64,000 nt of DNA from a virus (IMGVR_UViG_3300032236_000815:24585-88584), one strand, 5' to 3'. Shown: positions 17,426-28,564, counted from the stretch's first letter. Notes: generated from the letters alone by a model not told the origin. A program made the numbers and translations.

Positions 17426-18921
17426 TGGCCTATTTCGTACACTCCGTCAAAGCTCTTGTTCCATGAAATACCATTCCACAAATACTGAACTCCTGTGTAT
17501 ATATTCGTTTGCCATATCATTGTGTCTGGATACTGGCTAGCATTGAAGATAATATTCCATGCAGAGCCTGACCATTCTATAATATCGTTTGCACGAGCTA
17601 TTAAGTCTTCACCGCCTGTAGATTTCCATCCGTCTGCGCCATCTACATTACCAGTATCTCCAATGTCTTCTACTAACAAAAATCTTGTTCCAACAGCTGG
17701 AGTTGTCGTAGTTCCGTGATTTTGAGGATCTAATGGATTGTATGTTTGCGGATTAATGATAGCATCGATTGTGCCAGTACTGTTTGGGCGATAACTACCA
17801 GCGGCATTGTAATGAATACTATTATCTAGATTTCCTTGACTGTCTATACCTGTGTTTGAAACTAGTGTATCAGGATTCCAGTTAACATGTAATACACTAC
17901 TATCTACTGGGTCTATGGCAATAGTACCGATTACTTGGGATCCGTTCGGTTGTGTCAGATAAATTCTACTTGATCCAGCCATGTATTTTCCAGGATAATT
18001 AGAAAATGCTGTTTCCCAATCAACTACAGAACCGATCTTTGCAGGTGCTGGATCTAAATTTGGTTCTCTTGGATATGTTGTGCCACCAGCACTTAACAAA
18101 ACTACAGTCCCTTGATTAGCAGTTGGGCTAGCATACACTTCTATTTTATAATTAGTAATAGTTGTTACAACCACATCTATGAAATCGCCCATACTTGTAG
18201 TTTCAGGCATAGGATCTTGACCTAGCCCTTCAATATAAGTTCCGCTAGTAACAGATGTACTGTTAAGACTGGTAATAATTTTTGTAATAACACCAAGATG
18301 CTTAACCTTAACTGGAGGATTAATGTAAATCGGTGTTTTTAAAGTTAGTGTTGCAATTTCATTTGGGGTATCATTACCTACCGGTACTTGTCTACTAGAC
18401 CAATTTATATCATTAAGTTCTAAAACAGTTAAACTTGTCCAGTCGATATAGTTGTCAGTAGTTTGTAATTCTAAACTTGGATTGAACAATACTAAGATTT
18501 GTTCAAGTATTTGTAATTTTTGTTCAGTGCTAGAACTCCAGATATCAACTTTAAGGGTCAAATCAAATGGTGTTGGCATTAGACGTTCAATAGTATAATT
18601 TTTACCTTCACTAAAATCGTAAGAATTTGTATTAAGGTCAATTCCTCTTTCGCGTACATGTACTTTACCAACAAAACTTTGATCGCTTAGTCTGTCTCTA
18701 CTAAGTGCTAAACTTGTTACATACACAGCAATACGAGGCACGCTATTAACTTTGTTTTCGCTATTTTGTCTAATAATGCTAGCTACTTGTCTATCAGGAT
18801 CTCCATACATTACTGGAATACGATGTAATGTTCCGTCGCCGTATTTTACCACAAAGTTACTAAACACACGCACAACTTGTGTAATATATCTTCTAATTTG
18901 TCCATCGTAAAAAAATTGCAT
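17407..18921 (-). CDS. gp15: Tail completion/sheath stabiliser, T4 gp15-like, with C-terminal extension
   Basis: FFYDGQIRRY, IPVMYG, QKLQILEQILVLFNP. Confidence 0.75.
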   Translation of the reverse strand: MQFFYDGQIRRYITQVVRVFSNFVVKYGDGTLHRIPVMYGDPDRQVASIIRQNSENKVNSVPRIAVYVTSLALSRDRLSDQSFVGKVHVRERGIDLNTNSYDFSEGKNYTIERLMPTPFDLTLKVDIWSSSTEQKLQILEQILVLFNPSLELQTTDNYIDWTSLTVLELNDINWSSRQVPVGNDTPNEIATLTLKTPIYINPPVKVKHLGVITKIITSLNSTSVTSGTYIEGLGQDPMPETTSMGDFIDVVVTTITNYKIEVYASPTANQGTVVLLSAGGTTYPREPNLDPAPAKIGSVVDWETAFSNYPGKYMAGSSRIYLTQPNGSQVIGTIAIDPVDSSVLHVNWNPDTLVSNTGIDSQGNLDNSIHYNAAGSYRPNSTGTIDAIINPQTYNPLDPQNHGTTTTPAVGTRFLLVEDIGDTGNVDGADGWKSTGGEDLIARANDIIEWSGSAWNIIFNASQYPDTMIWQTNIYTGVQYLWNGISWNKSFDGVYEIGQWRIEL

Positions 18922-20498
18922 TAGAAATCCGCCTTAGGTCTAAGTACTTTAGAAATGCTCTGTCTTTGAGCTTCTCTAATATTGTATAATGTTACACTCC
19001 ATTGACCTGCTAGTGGTATAACTTGTTGTCCGCCTGCAATATCTACTAAATTGCCTTGTCGTTGTACATCAGATACTGGATTGGCAGCAGGAGTATCAGG
19101 TACTGGATTACTTGACAATGGAGGTATAGTTCCTGCACCTGTAGTTGAGGTTGGACTGGTAATTATAGGTAAATTAATTTGAATACAATTAGTAGTTATA
19201 CCAGCCGGACTAACATACGTGTAACTAGTTAATAATCCTGTATGCTCACTAACAACATAATCAAGCATAGTTGTATCTTGTTTTAATACCACATATAATC
19301 CAGTAGTATTGAAAGGAATCTTTGTACGAACGACAGTCGCATTTGCTGTCAACGTAACAACATCACTAGCAACAGCATCGTTATAAGTCCAGTTAGTATT
19401 GTTAATGAATCCAGTTTTTAATGTAGCTCTAGAATCGTTATTAGTCATACTCATGCGTACAGCATCTTCAACAGCAATCCATGCATTAGACGTACCATCA
19501 AATCTAAAAAGTCTGTTAGGTAAAAAATCTGTTCTTAAGAAAAAATCATCTGCTTGCGGACTCATGGGAAATTGTATTCCAAATCCAAAATCGTAACCGT
19601 TTGATGGATAACCGTCGCCTAACAAATAACCAGTGTATCCAGTGCGTTGTGGGACAGCATTAACACTACTTGCATGTAATTTATTAGAAACATTACTGGC
19701 TAATAAATCAGTTTCATCAGCAGTTTTAAGTAAAGGTTTACCTGTATTTGGATCTGCTGCCAAGGTATAAAACTGACGTGTTTCATAACCACTATAAGGT
19801 GCATCAGCTTCTGCTTGTGCTACTACTTGATCATTAATAGTCAATTCTTGATTATATGTACTCAATAAATCTTTAAGTGTTGTGCCATCTGTCATTGGAT
19901 CGCCATTCGCATCCAATGCAGGTTTATTAAAGATATCGGCAAACTGTTGATTGTCAGTTACCTTCTTAAGTTTTAATCTATACAAGTGTGGAAACCATGT
20001 TACACTAAAACCTTCGCTAGCACGACCCACATCCTCAATTACATAATATCGCGGTAATGCCATGTCAAAGTCGTTAAGTGCAAAGTCGTCGCGTAAATGC
20101 GGCAACTCTAATACATCGCCGCTTATAGGTTTACGGCCTATATATTTTATAAAATCATTAATATGTACAGTCATGTACAATGTATCGTTATCAATAAACA
20201 ATCCAAATTGACTTAGATTAAAATCAATATTTTGTACATTATACATTCCACGAATACGGTAAATTTCTTGGTCGTATTTTCTATCTCTATTTTCAAGAAA
20301 TAACAAATCTTGGATATTTGTAGGACTTAAGGTTTGATGAGGCTGATCTGCTGTTGCGTTTGCAGAAGCCGTAGTAGCACCTAGATACTTGTGTACATAC
20401 ACATCAGTACCGCCCGCTTGGAACATCTCGCTGGCTTGACGATCTATGAATTTATAGTCGTTGCCTTTTTCTGGTTTGTATAAGGATAATCGTGGCAT
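18921..20498 (-). CDS. gp14: Neck/head-closure protein, T4 gp14-like, extended
   Basis: LSQFGLFI...MTVH...IGRKP..GDVLELP; context with gp13/gp15. Confidence 0.6.
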   Translation of the reverse strand: MPRLSLYKPEKGNDYKFIDRQASEMFQAGGTDVYVHKYLGATTASANATADQPHQTLSPTNIQDLLFLENRDRKYDQEIYRIRGMYNVQNIDFNLSQFGLFIDNDTLYMTVHINDFIKYIGRKPISGDVLELPHLRDDFALNDFDMALPRYYVIEDVGRASEGFSVTWFPHLYRLKLKKVTDNQQFADIFNKPALDANGDPMTDGTTLKDLLSTYNQELTINDQVVAQAEADAPYSGYETRQFYTLAADPNTGKPLLKTADETDLLASNVSNKLHASSVNAVPQRTGYTGYLLGDGYPSNGYDFGFGIQFPMSPQADDFFLRTDFLPNRLFRFDGTSNAWIAVEDAVRMSMTNNDSRATLKTGFINNTNWTYNDAVASDVVTLTANATVVRTKIPFNTTGLYVVLKQDTTMLDYVVSEHTGLLTSYTYVSPAGITTNCIQINLPIITSPTSTTGAGTIPPLSSNPVPDTPAANPVSDVQRQGNLVDIAGGQQVIPLAGQWSVTLYNIREAQRQSISKVLRPKADF

Positions 20499-20540
20499 AA
20501 TGATATTTATCGTTAGCTAAATATGTAAGGAGAGTAAAAA

Positions 20541-21326
20541 ATGGATGATCTAGCACCTTCAAATCAGTCAAATTCAACAACAGAACGTAACAAAGTCTTT
20601 GACTATGTTCGCGATATGCTGGGCAACGGCATGGTAGATGTTGAACTAGATCCTAACCACTACGAAACAGCCCTTGATAGAGCACTAAATCGCTACCGTC
20701 AAAAGAGCCCAAATGCTGTTGAAGAAAGTTACTTATTTTTGGAATTAATCCAGGATCAAAATGAATACAGATTGCCAGATGAAGTTATCACAGTCCGTCA
20801 AGTTTTTCGTAGAGCTATTGGCTCAAGAAGTGGTATGGGTGCGGGCGGTACTTTATTTGAACCGTTTAACTTAGCCTATACTAACACTTATATGATGTCG
20901 GGTAGCATGATGGGCGGGTTGGCAACATACGATGCGTTTGCTGGATATCAAAAATTAGTAGGACGTATGTTCGGTAGTTATATTGAATTTTTATGGAAAC
21001 CTACTAGCCACTTGCTAGATATTTTACAACGTCCATTTGCTCAGGGCGAGCAGATTCTTGTACAAAGTTATAACTATCGTCCGGACTGGGTATTGCTACA
21101 AGATTACCAAGCTAAACAATGGTTACGTGACTACACTCTAGCAGTTTGTAAATCAATGTTGGCACAAGCACGTAGCAAATTTGGCTCTATCGCAGGCCCT
21201 GGATCACCTATAACATTAAACGGTGACAAATTGGCAGCTGAAGCTAAAGAAGAATTTGAGCGTCTTGATAAAGAAATCGACACTTACGTTGCTGGCGGCA
21301 CCGGTTATTACTTTATAACTGGCTAA
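20541..21326 (+). CDS. gp13: Neck protein, T4 gp13-like
   Basis: LG...VDVELD, WLRDYTLA..K..L...RSKF, ITLNG. Confidence 0.8.
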   Translation: MDDLAPSNQSNSTTERNKVFDYVRDMLGNGMVDVELDPNHYETALDRALNRYRQKSPNAVEESYLFLELIQDQNEYRLPDEVITVRQVFRRAIGSRSGMGAGGTLFEPFNLAYTNTYMMSGSMMGGLATYDAFAGYQKLVGRMFGSYIEFLWKPTSHLLDILQRPFAQGEQILVQSYNYRPDWVLLQDYQAKQWLRDYTLAVCKSMLAQARSKFGSIAGPGSPITLNGDKLAAEAKEEFERLDKEIDTYVAGGTGYYFITG

Positions 21327-21334
21327 GAAAAGTC

Positions 21335-21363
21335 TTGCTCTTGTAATAAAACTGTTATATACT
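21335..21363 (+). promoter_or_regulatory. Sigma70-type promoter TTGCTC-N17-TATACT
   Basis: Direct reading upstream of the dNMP kinase. Confidence 0.65.
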
Positions 21364-21384
21364 AGCGTTACTTACGGAGGCGCT

Positions 21385-22089
21385 ATGATTATAGGTGTGT
21401 GCGGTTTTATTGGTTCTGGCAAAGATACTATTGCCGATTACTTAACTAACTTTCACGGATTTCGACGAGAATCTTTTGCTAACAGTTTGAAAGATGCTGT
21501 AGCGCAAGTGTTTGGTTGGGACAGAGTTATGTTAGAAGGGCGTACAAAAGAAGCTCGAGAATGGCGTGAACAGGTAGATCCGTGGTGGTCAGAGCGTTTA
21601 GATATGCCTAATTTAACTCCTAGATGGATCTTACAGTACTGGGGCACAGAAGTATGTCGTAAGGCATTCCATGATGATATATGGATTGCTAGTTTAGAAA
21701 ATAAACTCCGTAATAGTAAAGACGATATTGTTATTAGCGATTGCCGTTTTCCTAACGAAATTAAATCAATCAAATCTGCCGGTGGCATGGTAATTCGTGT
21801 AGTACGTGGCCCTGAACCCGCATGGTACAAAGACGCCGCTGATATGAATGCCGGCGATCGCTGTTTAAATTACGCATTGGCTAAAAGCCGTATGTCTGCT
21901 CTAGGAATTCATGCTAGTGAAACAGCATGGGTTGGAACTAAGTTTGATGCTATCATGGATAATAATAGCACTATTGACGATTTATACAAACAAGTGCAAG
22001 CACTTATAAGTCTGGAACAAGATCCCCTTGACGCCATGTCACGCCATCTTTGTGAAGAATCCGCTGACAGTTTGAACACACAGTCTTAA
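21385..22089 (+). CDS. Deoxynucleoside monophosphate kinase (T4 gp1-like)
   Basis: G..GSGKDT, FA..LK, TPR..LQ..GTE, ISDCRFPNE, HASE. Confidence 0.9.
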   Translation: MIIGVCGFIGSGKDTIADYLTNFHGFRRESFANSLKDAVAQVFGWDRVMLEGRTKEAREWREQVDPWWSERLDMPNLTPRWILQYWGTEVCRKAFHDDIWIASLENKLRNSKDDIVISDCRFPNEIKSIKSAGGMVIRVVRGPEPAWYKDAADMNAGDRCLNYALAKSRMSALGIHASETAWVGTKFDAIMDNNSTIDDLYKQVQALISLEQDPLDAMSRHLCEESADSLNTQS

Positions 22090-22330
22090 GATTAGTATGG
22101 CGGCAGTTATTTAAATTGCCGTCCATATGAAACACATTAAACACTTCTTTATGCGGGCTTCTAAACCCGCATTTATCGCATGTGTTTTTCATTTTATAAC
22201 CTGCACTAGCCCATCGCGGCTCTTTTACACCGCGAATACATAGCCCACACTGACTTCTATAGTAAGGTTTTCCTTCTTTATAGTAATTTACAGCAACGGG
22301 CCCACGTCCGCATAAACACAAAGGTCTCAT
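22004..22330 (-). CDS. Small Zn-binding HNH-endonuclease-like protein
   Basis: CxxC pairs and HMDGN..N....NL..VCSNC. Confidence 0.7.
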   Translation of the reverse strand: MRPLCLCGRGPVAVNYYKEGKPYYRSQCGLCIRGVKEPRWASAGYKMKNTCDKCGFRSPHKEVFNVFHMDGNLNNCRHTNLKTVCSNCQRILHKDGVTWRQGDLVPDL

Positions 22331-22434
22331 ATTTTATTTAAGCCTTTTTAGAGCCTTTTCGGATGCTTATATAAGCGTTGTTTTTCCAAAATACCATAAA
22401 TACATTAAGAACATGTACTCATGGAGATAACACA

Positions 22435-25400
22435 ATGGCTCAATTAAGTTCACCAGGAATTAGCGTAACAGTCGTAGACGAATCGTTCTACACACCGGCA
22501 GCTCCTGGAACCGTACCCCTTATTATAGTTGCTTCTCAAGAAAATAAGAGCAACAGTGCTGGAACAGGAACAGCACCAGGAACACTAAAAGCAAACGCTG
22601 GTAAAGTATATCTACTAACTAGCCAAGCAGATTTAGGCGCAACATTTGGAGTTCCATACTTCCAAACTGATGCAGAAAATAACCCAGTACACGCTGGCGA
22701 ATTAAACGAATATGGTCTAGAGGCGGCTTACAGCTTCTTAGGAGTAAGCAATCGTGCATACGTTGTACGTGCTGACTTAGATACTAAGCAACTTATTGCT
22801 AGAACAAGTGCTCCAACAAGTCCTCCAGCAGATGGTACTTTCTGGTTTGATACAGCAGATACACATTTTGGTGTATTTGAATGGAATAGTGCATCAGCAA
22901 CTACAACAGGCGGTCAAATTTTTACTGACCAAGGAACAGCTGGTAGCCTAAACGTTATTACAAATATTGCGTATGTCAATAACAGTACATACGCTCCGTT
23001 ACCAAGTTACGGAAAAATTGGCGACTATGCAGTTGTTTCAGTAACTAACTGGAACAAGTTATGGTTCAAGAAATATCAAACTAATACATCTGCAGGTACA
23101 TGGGTTGAAGTAGGTACTTCAAACTGGGCCGCAAGTTGGCCAACAATCACAGCCGCTGCCGCTCCAAGTAGCATTAGCACTGGCGACACATTGATTATTA
23201 ATGGTACAACAGTTACTGGTGTAAACACAGTTAGCGCATTAGCAACTGCTATTACTACAGCATTGTCAAGCAGTGGTATTACTGCCGCAGTTATTAACGG
23301 TTACTTACAGATTTATTCAAACGGTACTGCTAGCTACAATTCACACGTAGCAGGTAGCTTAACTGTTTCTGGTACTTTAACAGGAACTGTAAATGCTCCA
23401 GGTGTACTAGGTCTTGTATCTGGTTCATATCTATGCCCAGCACTAACAGTTAGTCCACACTATCAAGTTCCGTTGTACGGCTACTACGACCAAAGTGGTT
23501 ACATCGGTGGCAACCCAACTGGTTCAATTTGGGTTAAGACTACAAGTATTAACTTGGGTGCAAACTGGTTTATTAAGAAATACAATGCGGCTTCTAGCAC
23601 ATGGATTTTACAATCAGCTCAGTTATTTGCAAACAACCAATCAGCATTAGCTGTATTAGACCCAACAGGCGGCGGACAAAACTTGCCAGTTGGTGCAGTT
23701 TATGTAAAATACAATGATGCAGAAAGTGCAACTCCATTGGCTAACTTTAAGATTTATGGACGTACTGGAACTGGTGCTACTAATATTGTATCTAATATTA
23801 TTGGTGCAAGCACCTTTGGTACTGCTACTAACACATTTACAATTAGCCAAAGCGTTCCAGGGTCAAGTACATTAACTAGTCCAATAACTGTAACATTTAA
23901 TACAACTGGCGTAGCTTTAAGCGATGCTCAAGCACTATTAACTGCGTTCACATCTGTAGTAACTGACCCAAATGTTACTGCTAGTCTAAACACAGTATCA
24001 AATACAATCACAATCACACACGTGGGCGGTGGAGATATTCGTTTAGTAGACGGTACAAATACTCCGTTGAGCAAGATTTTCTCAACAAGTACAACAGCTA
24101 ACTACTACTTAGATCCAACTGGTGTATCTAATCACTACATTGCTACTCAGTGGGCCGCAACAGTTAATGGTTCAGGCTTTGCAGTTGCTAGCTTAACACC
24201 TCCAACTAATACTCCAACAGATGGTACATTATGGTATGACAACAATTTAGAAGATGTTGATATCATGGTACACAACGGCACACACTGGGTTGGTTATTTA
24301 AACTATACTCAGAACCAAGCAGGTGGCACAACAACAGATCCAATGGGTCCAATTACTAGTGCTACACAACCAACAACACAAAGCGATGGTACTCCATTAG
24401 CTAACGGTGACTTATGGATCGACACTAGCGATATTGAAAACTATCCAATCATCCACAAGTACAACTACTTGACTAAGAAGTGGGTTGTAATTGATAACAC
24501 TGACCAAGTAACAGGTAACGGTGTTTTATTTGCGGATGCTCGCTGGTCTAATAACAGTACAAGCAATCAGATTCAAACTGGTGCAGGTACTCCTGATTCT
24601 ATCGTGTCATTGCTTTCAAGCGATTACTTAGACTTTGATGCTCCAGATCCTGCACTATATCCAAAAGGTATGTTGCTATGGAACTTACGCCGTTCAGGAT
24701 TTAACGTTAAGCGTTATGTAGTTAACCATGTTGATACAACAGCATTTAACGTTCGCAAGAGCAACGAAATTCAAACTAACTACTATCCAGATCGTTGGGT
24801 AACAGATGCTCCTAACGATGTTATGGGTGTTGGACAATTTGGACGTAAAGCTCAACGTGCTGTAGTATTAAAAGCACTAAACGCATTGATCCAAGGTAAT
24901 CAAAATATTCGTCAACCTGACACAGTTATCTATAACTTGTTAAGTTGCCCAGGATACTTAGAAACAGTTAGCGAACTAATTGGTCTAAACACTGACAACG
25001 GACAAACAGCGTTTATCGTTGCAGACAGTCCAGCTCGTTTAACACCAGATGCTACAACATTAAGCAACTGGGGTAATAACACAATGGGCGCGGCAGTTGA
25101 CGGTCAAGACGGTTTAATTGCTACAGATCCATACACAGCAGTTTACTATCCATGGGGTTATACAACAGACTTGTTAGGTAATAACATTGTTGTTCCTCCA
25201 AGTCACATTATGTTACGTACAATCGCTCTAAGCGATAACGTTTCTTATCCATGGTTTGCACCAGCTGGTGTACGTCGTGGCGGTGTAACAAATGCAAGTA
25301 GCGTAGGTTATGTAGACGGACAAACTGGCGAGTTCCGAACAGTTGCATTGAACGTTGGACAACGTGACACTTTAGCCGCAATCCATGTAAACCCAATTAC

Positions 25401-25791
25401 ATACATTGCAGGTACAGGTTTAGTATGCTACGGACAGAAGACACGTCAGTTAATTGCTAGCTCATTGGATCGTATCAACGTTGCACGTCTAGTAATTTAC
25501 TTACGTTATCAATTGAATCAATTGGCTAAACCATTTGTGTTTGAACCAAACGATACAATTACACGTAACGAAATGAAACAACAAGTTGAAAAACTATTGT
25601 TAGAATTGACGGCAGAACGTGCATTGTATGACTACCTTGTAGTTTGTGATACAAGCAACAATACACCAAGCAGAATCGACAGAAATGAACTTTATGTTGA
25701 CATTGCTATTGAACCAGTTAAAGCAGTTGAATTCATTTACATTCCACTACGCTTAGAAAATACTGGCGCAATCAAAGGCCTTGGAAAATAA
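22435..25791 (+). CDS. gp18: Tail sheath protein, with large internal insertion
   Basis: SPGISVTVVDES N-terminus; PWFAPAG.RRG, LDRINVARL, FEPND..TR, IEPVKAVEFIYI; GGAG RBS before ATG 22435. Confidence 0.95.
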   Translation: MAQLSSPGISVTVVDESFYTPAAPGTVPLIIVASQENKSNSAGTGTAPGTLKANAGKVYLLTSQADLGATFGVPYFQTDAENNPVHAGELNEYGLEAAYSFLGVSNRAYVVRADLDTKQLIARTSAPTSPPADGTFWFDTADTHFGVFEWNSASATTTGGQIFTDQGTAGSLNVITNIAYVNNSTYAPLPSYGKIGDYAVVSVTNWNKLWFKKYQTNTSAGTWVEVGTSNWAASWPTITAAAAPSSISTGDTLIINGTTVTGVNTVSALATAITTALSSSGITAAVINGYLQIYSNGTASYNSHVAGSLTVSGTLTGTVNAPGVLGLVSGSYLCPALTVSPHYQVPLYGYYDQSGYIGGNPTGSIWVKTTSINLGANWFIKKYNAASSTWILQSAQLFANNQSALAVLDPTGGGQNLPVGAVYVKYNDAESATPLANFKIYGRTGTGATNIVSNIIGASTFGTATNTFTISQSVPGSSTLTSPITVTFNTTGVALSDAQALLTAFTSVVTDPNVTASLNTVSNTITITHVGGGDIRLVDGTNTPLSKIFSTSTTANYYLDPTGVSNHYIATQWAATVNGSGFAVASLTPPTNTPTDGTLWYDNNLEDVDIMVHNGTHWVGYLNYTQNQAGGTTTDPMGPITSATQPTTQSDGTPLANGDLWIDTSDIENYPIIHKYNYLTKKWVVIDNTDQVTGNGVLFADARWSNNSTSNQIQTGAGTPDSIVSLLSSDYLDFDAPDPALYPKGMLLWNLRRSGFNVKRYVVNHVDTTAFNVRKSNEIQTNYYPDRWVTDAPNDVMGVGQFGRKAQRAVVLKALNALIQGNQNIRQPDTVIYNLLSCPGYLETVSELIGLNTDNGQTAFIVADSPARLTPDATTLSNWGNNTMGAAVDGQDGLIATDPYTAVYYPWGYTTDLLGNNIVVPPSHIMLRTIALSDNVSYPWFAPAGVRRGGVTNASSVGYVDGQTGEFRTVALNVGQRDTLAAIHVNPITYIAGTGLVCYGQKTRQLIASSLDRINVARLVIYLRYQLNQLAKPFVFEPNDTITRNEMKQQVEKLLLELTAERALYDYLVVCDTSNNTPSRIDRNELYVDIAIEPVKAVEFIYIPLRLENTGAIKGLGK

Positions 25792-25804
25792 TTAGGAGAA
25801 TACA

Positions 25805-26428
25805 ATGGCAATCGCAGCCTTATCAAACTTTACAGTACCTCTAGCATCAGACCAAAGTGCAAGTTCACAAGGTCTTTTGATGCCAAAACTAAAGTACAGA
25901 TTCCGTCTGAACTTTGAAAATTTTGGTGTAAGTACTCCAACAACAGAACTAACTAAACAAGTTTCAGATTGTGCTCGTCCAAACGTTAAGTTTGCTGACC
26001 AAGTTATTGAAATTTATAACAGTAAAATTCACTATGCTGGTAAACCAGCTTGGGAAGCAATCGCTGTTAAACTACGTGACGATGTCACCGGTCAAGTTAG
26101 CAAGCTAGTTGGTGAACAAAACCAGAAACAATTCGACTTCTTTGAACAAAGTAGTGCGGCTAGTGCAGGTGACTATAAGTTTACACTACGCATTGAAATG
26201 TTAGACGGTGGAAATGGATCTAATGCTCCTAATGTTCTAGAAACATGGGAATGTTATGGTTGCTACTTAGAGTCAACAAACTGGCAGACATTGGACTACA
26301 AAGAACAAGGTCCTGCTATGATTGACCTAAGCATTCGTTTTGACAACGCTGTTCAAACAACTGGTGGCGCAATTGGTTCACCAACAAGTGTACAGACAAA
26401 ACGTGGTACAAGTACTTTAGGTTCATAA
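25805..26428 (+). CDS. gp19: Tail tube protein
   Basis: Follows sheath; YRFR..F, RP.V.F, YAGK..W, W...GC. Confidence 0.85.
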   Translation: MAIAALSNFTVPLASDQSASSQGLLMPKLKYRFRLNFENFGVSTPTTELTKQVSDCARPNVKFADQVIEIYNSKIHYAGKPAWEAIAVKLRDDVTGQVSKLVGEQNQKQFDFFEQSSAASAGDYKFTLRIEMLDGGNGSNAPNVLETWECYGCYLESTNWQTLDYKEQGPAMIDLSIRFDNAVQTTGGAIGSPTSVQTKRGTSTLGS

Positions 26429-26430
26429 TA

Positions 26431-26456
26431 AAACAGCCTACGAAAGTAGGCTTTTT
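26431..26456 (+). terminator. Intrinsic terminator
   Basis: AGCCTAC-GAAA-GTAGGCT then TTTT. Confidence 0.85.
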
Positions 26457-26504
26457 ATTGACTATTCATTAACTACGTATATTATTTTCTAAATAAATAA
26501 TAGC

Positions 26505-27749
26505 ATGGCCTTCACAAAAACTTCTAATTTACACTCCGATCAGTCAGTAATTCTAGCTGACTATGCACACGCGGCACGAGTATTTGGTGATCAAGGATTT
26601 AGACTTGCACCTAAATTTGATTTTTTATTCCACTGTAGTTTTAAAATTAATACTGCCGCACTAAAAAATGCAAATATTGTACAACGATACGGACAAGAAA
26701 TTAACCTGATGGTGAAGAGTATTGATTTACCTAATTTTACAATACAAACAGAAACACTAAATCAGTATAATAGAAAAAAGAACATACAGTATCAACATAG
26801 TTTCGGAGAAGTTACAGTTAAATTCCATGACGATAATATGGGATTAATTAATCAACTCTGGCAAAACTATTATAGCTATTACTACGCCGATAGTACCAGT
26901 GCTCAGAATTTAGGAGCATACACTAGGAATGCCACGCAGAATAGTGACCATATTCCTACACCTTACGGATTAGATAATAAAAGCACTAATCCTTTCTTTA
27001 GTCAAATTAAGGTATATCAAATGGCAAGACACGAATATGTCTGCTACACTTTAATTAATCCTATTATAACTAGCTTTGATCATGCAAGAGTAGATTACAG
27101 TTCTAATAAGACTCGAGAATTTTCAATGAAGTTTAAATTTGAAGCAGTGACTTATAGTGTAGGAGCAGTCGGCGCTGGAGACCCAGAAGGGTTTGAATTA
27201 TCTCACTATGATACTGCACCTAGTCCTTTACAAGGTGTTAATCCAGATCCTACAGTAATCGATCCAAGTTTTGTGCAGGCCCTCGATACTGCGGCACTTG
27301 CTCCAGGTATACTTAACAATGCAATAAGTCAGATCAATGCTAACCAGAACGCACAAGCAAATGGTGCCGCATCAAACGGCGGTAGTAGTGGAATAAATGT
27401 TGGATCCATACTAGGTGGATTAGCCGCAGGTGCCGCGGCAATTGGTATCGGTGGTCGACTTATTAGTAGCATTGGGAATCTTGCTAGCGGAATTGGCCTG
27501 CCTGATATATCATTCCCAGGCTTAGGAGGAAGTAGTACTGCTACTACCGAAGCAACTCCTAGTGCAGTTAATACAGATACTGCTGCCGCACAAGCTGACG
27601 CAGGTGGACAGGGTGCCGCACCTAACGATCAAACAACTACAACTGATCCTAACGCAGACACCGGCGGTGGTGGTGGTGATGGAACAAGTCAAGATCCAGC
27701 AGCCGACTACGGCGGATCAAGTAGCATGGACGAACAATCAGGAACATAA
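26505..27749 (+). CDS. Tube-fold baseplate protein (gp48/gp54-like) with low-complexity tail
   Basis: VKSIDLP, NQYNRK, FHDD, L.NP.ITSF tube-like pattern. Confidence 0.6.
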   Translation: MAFTKTSNLHSDQSVILADYAHAARVFGDQGFRLAPKFDFLFHCSFKINTAALKNANIVQRYGQEINLMVKSIDLPNFTIQTETLNQYNRKKNIQYQHSFGEVTVKFHDDNMGLINQLWQNYYSYYYADSTSAQNLGAYTRNATQNSDHIPTPYGLDNKSTNPFFSQIKVYQMARHEYVCYTLINPIITSFDHARVDYSSNKTREFSMKFKFEAVTYSVGAVGAGDPEGFELSHYDTAPSPLQGVNPDPTVIDPSFVQALDTAALAPGILNNAISQINANQNAQANGAASNGGSSGINVGSILGGLAAGAAAIGIGGRLISSIGNLASGIGLPDISFPGLGGSSTATTEATPSAVNTDTAAAQADAGGQGAAPNDQTTTTDPNADTGGGGGDGTSQDPAADYGGSSSMDEQSGT

Positions 27750-27751
27750 TT

Positions 27752-28120
27752 ATGGCAGCAGGAAATTTACCAGCAAAACAACAAACATCTGTACAATCAG
27801 TTAGATCATTCTTTGACAATTATTTTATAAAACAAAATAGTTTTCCGGCCGCTGAGATAGATGCAGTTATTGGTTTCTTTACTAAACGTGGTTTTGATCA
27901 ACCTAGTGCTCGTAGTGTAAGCATAATAATGCTAAATCAAGCTCGTACAGAAAACGTAAGTGTATTTCAATTTTTAGATACACTAAAAGGTTTAACAGAT
28001 GTTCAACTAGGACAATTGGTTGCTCAAGTGTTAAACACCTATAGAGAAAATACAAGTTATCTAGGTTATAGAATACAACCAGTAACCGATACGTACGAAA
28101 GTAGAAATATTTTAGTATAA
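27752..28120 (+). CDS. Hypothetical protein
   Basis: 122-aa ORF in structural operon. Confidence 0.5.
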   Translation: MAAGNLPAKQQTSVQSVRSFFDNYFIKQNSFPAAEIDAVIGFFTKRGFDQPSARSVSIIMLNQARTENVSVFQFLDTLKGLTDVQLGQLVAQVLNTYRENTSYLGYRIQPVTDTYESRNILV

Positions 28121-28121
28121 T

Positions 28122-28550
28122 ATGGCCAAATTTGCTCGTGGAAAGTATGTAATGAAACACCCAGAGAAGTATGTAGGAACTAAACAGCCTACATACCGTT
28201 CGAGCTGGGAATGGAGTTTCATGAACTTTTGCGACAACAATAAAAGCATAATGAAGTGGGCAAGCGAAGCTGTACAGATACCCTACCGCGATCCACTTAC
28301 TAATCGCCAAACAGTTTATGTTCCAGATTTTTTCATACAGTATCAAGATAAATTTGGAAGAATACTTACTGAACTAATTGAAATAAAACCTGCTAGTCAG
28401 ACTATTTTGGAACGTGTGGGTAAGAACAAATATAATCAAGCACAGTATGTTAAGAATCAAGCTAAATGGGCTAGTGCTAAACTTTGGTGTAATCAACAAG
28501 GTATAAAGTTTAGGATTCTAAACGAAAATGATATATTCAGTCAGACATAA
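28122..28550 (+). CDS. gp4: Head completion nuclease, T4 gp4-like (TnsA-type fold)
   Basis: YRSSWE, WASE..IPY, YVPDF, LIEIKP, KW..A..WC. Confidence 0.88.
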   Translation: MAKFARGKYVMKHPEKYVGTKQPTYRSSWEWSFMNFCDNNKSIMKWASEAVQIPYRDPLTNRQTVYVPDFFIQYQDKFGRILTELIEIKPASQTILERVGKNKYNQAQYVKNQAKWASAKLWCNQQGIKFRILNENDIFSQT

Positions 28551-28564
28551 GCATAAGTAATATT

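Noticed and set aside
22004-22330. Mobile homing endonuclease or intron
   Set aside because: Very short, flanking genes are uninterrupted, and no intron structure is evident
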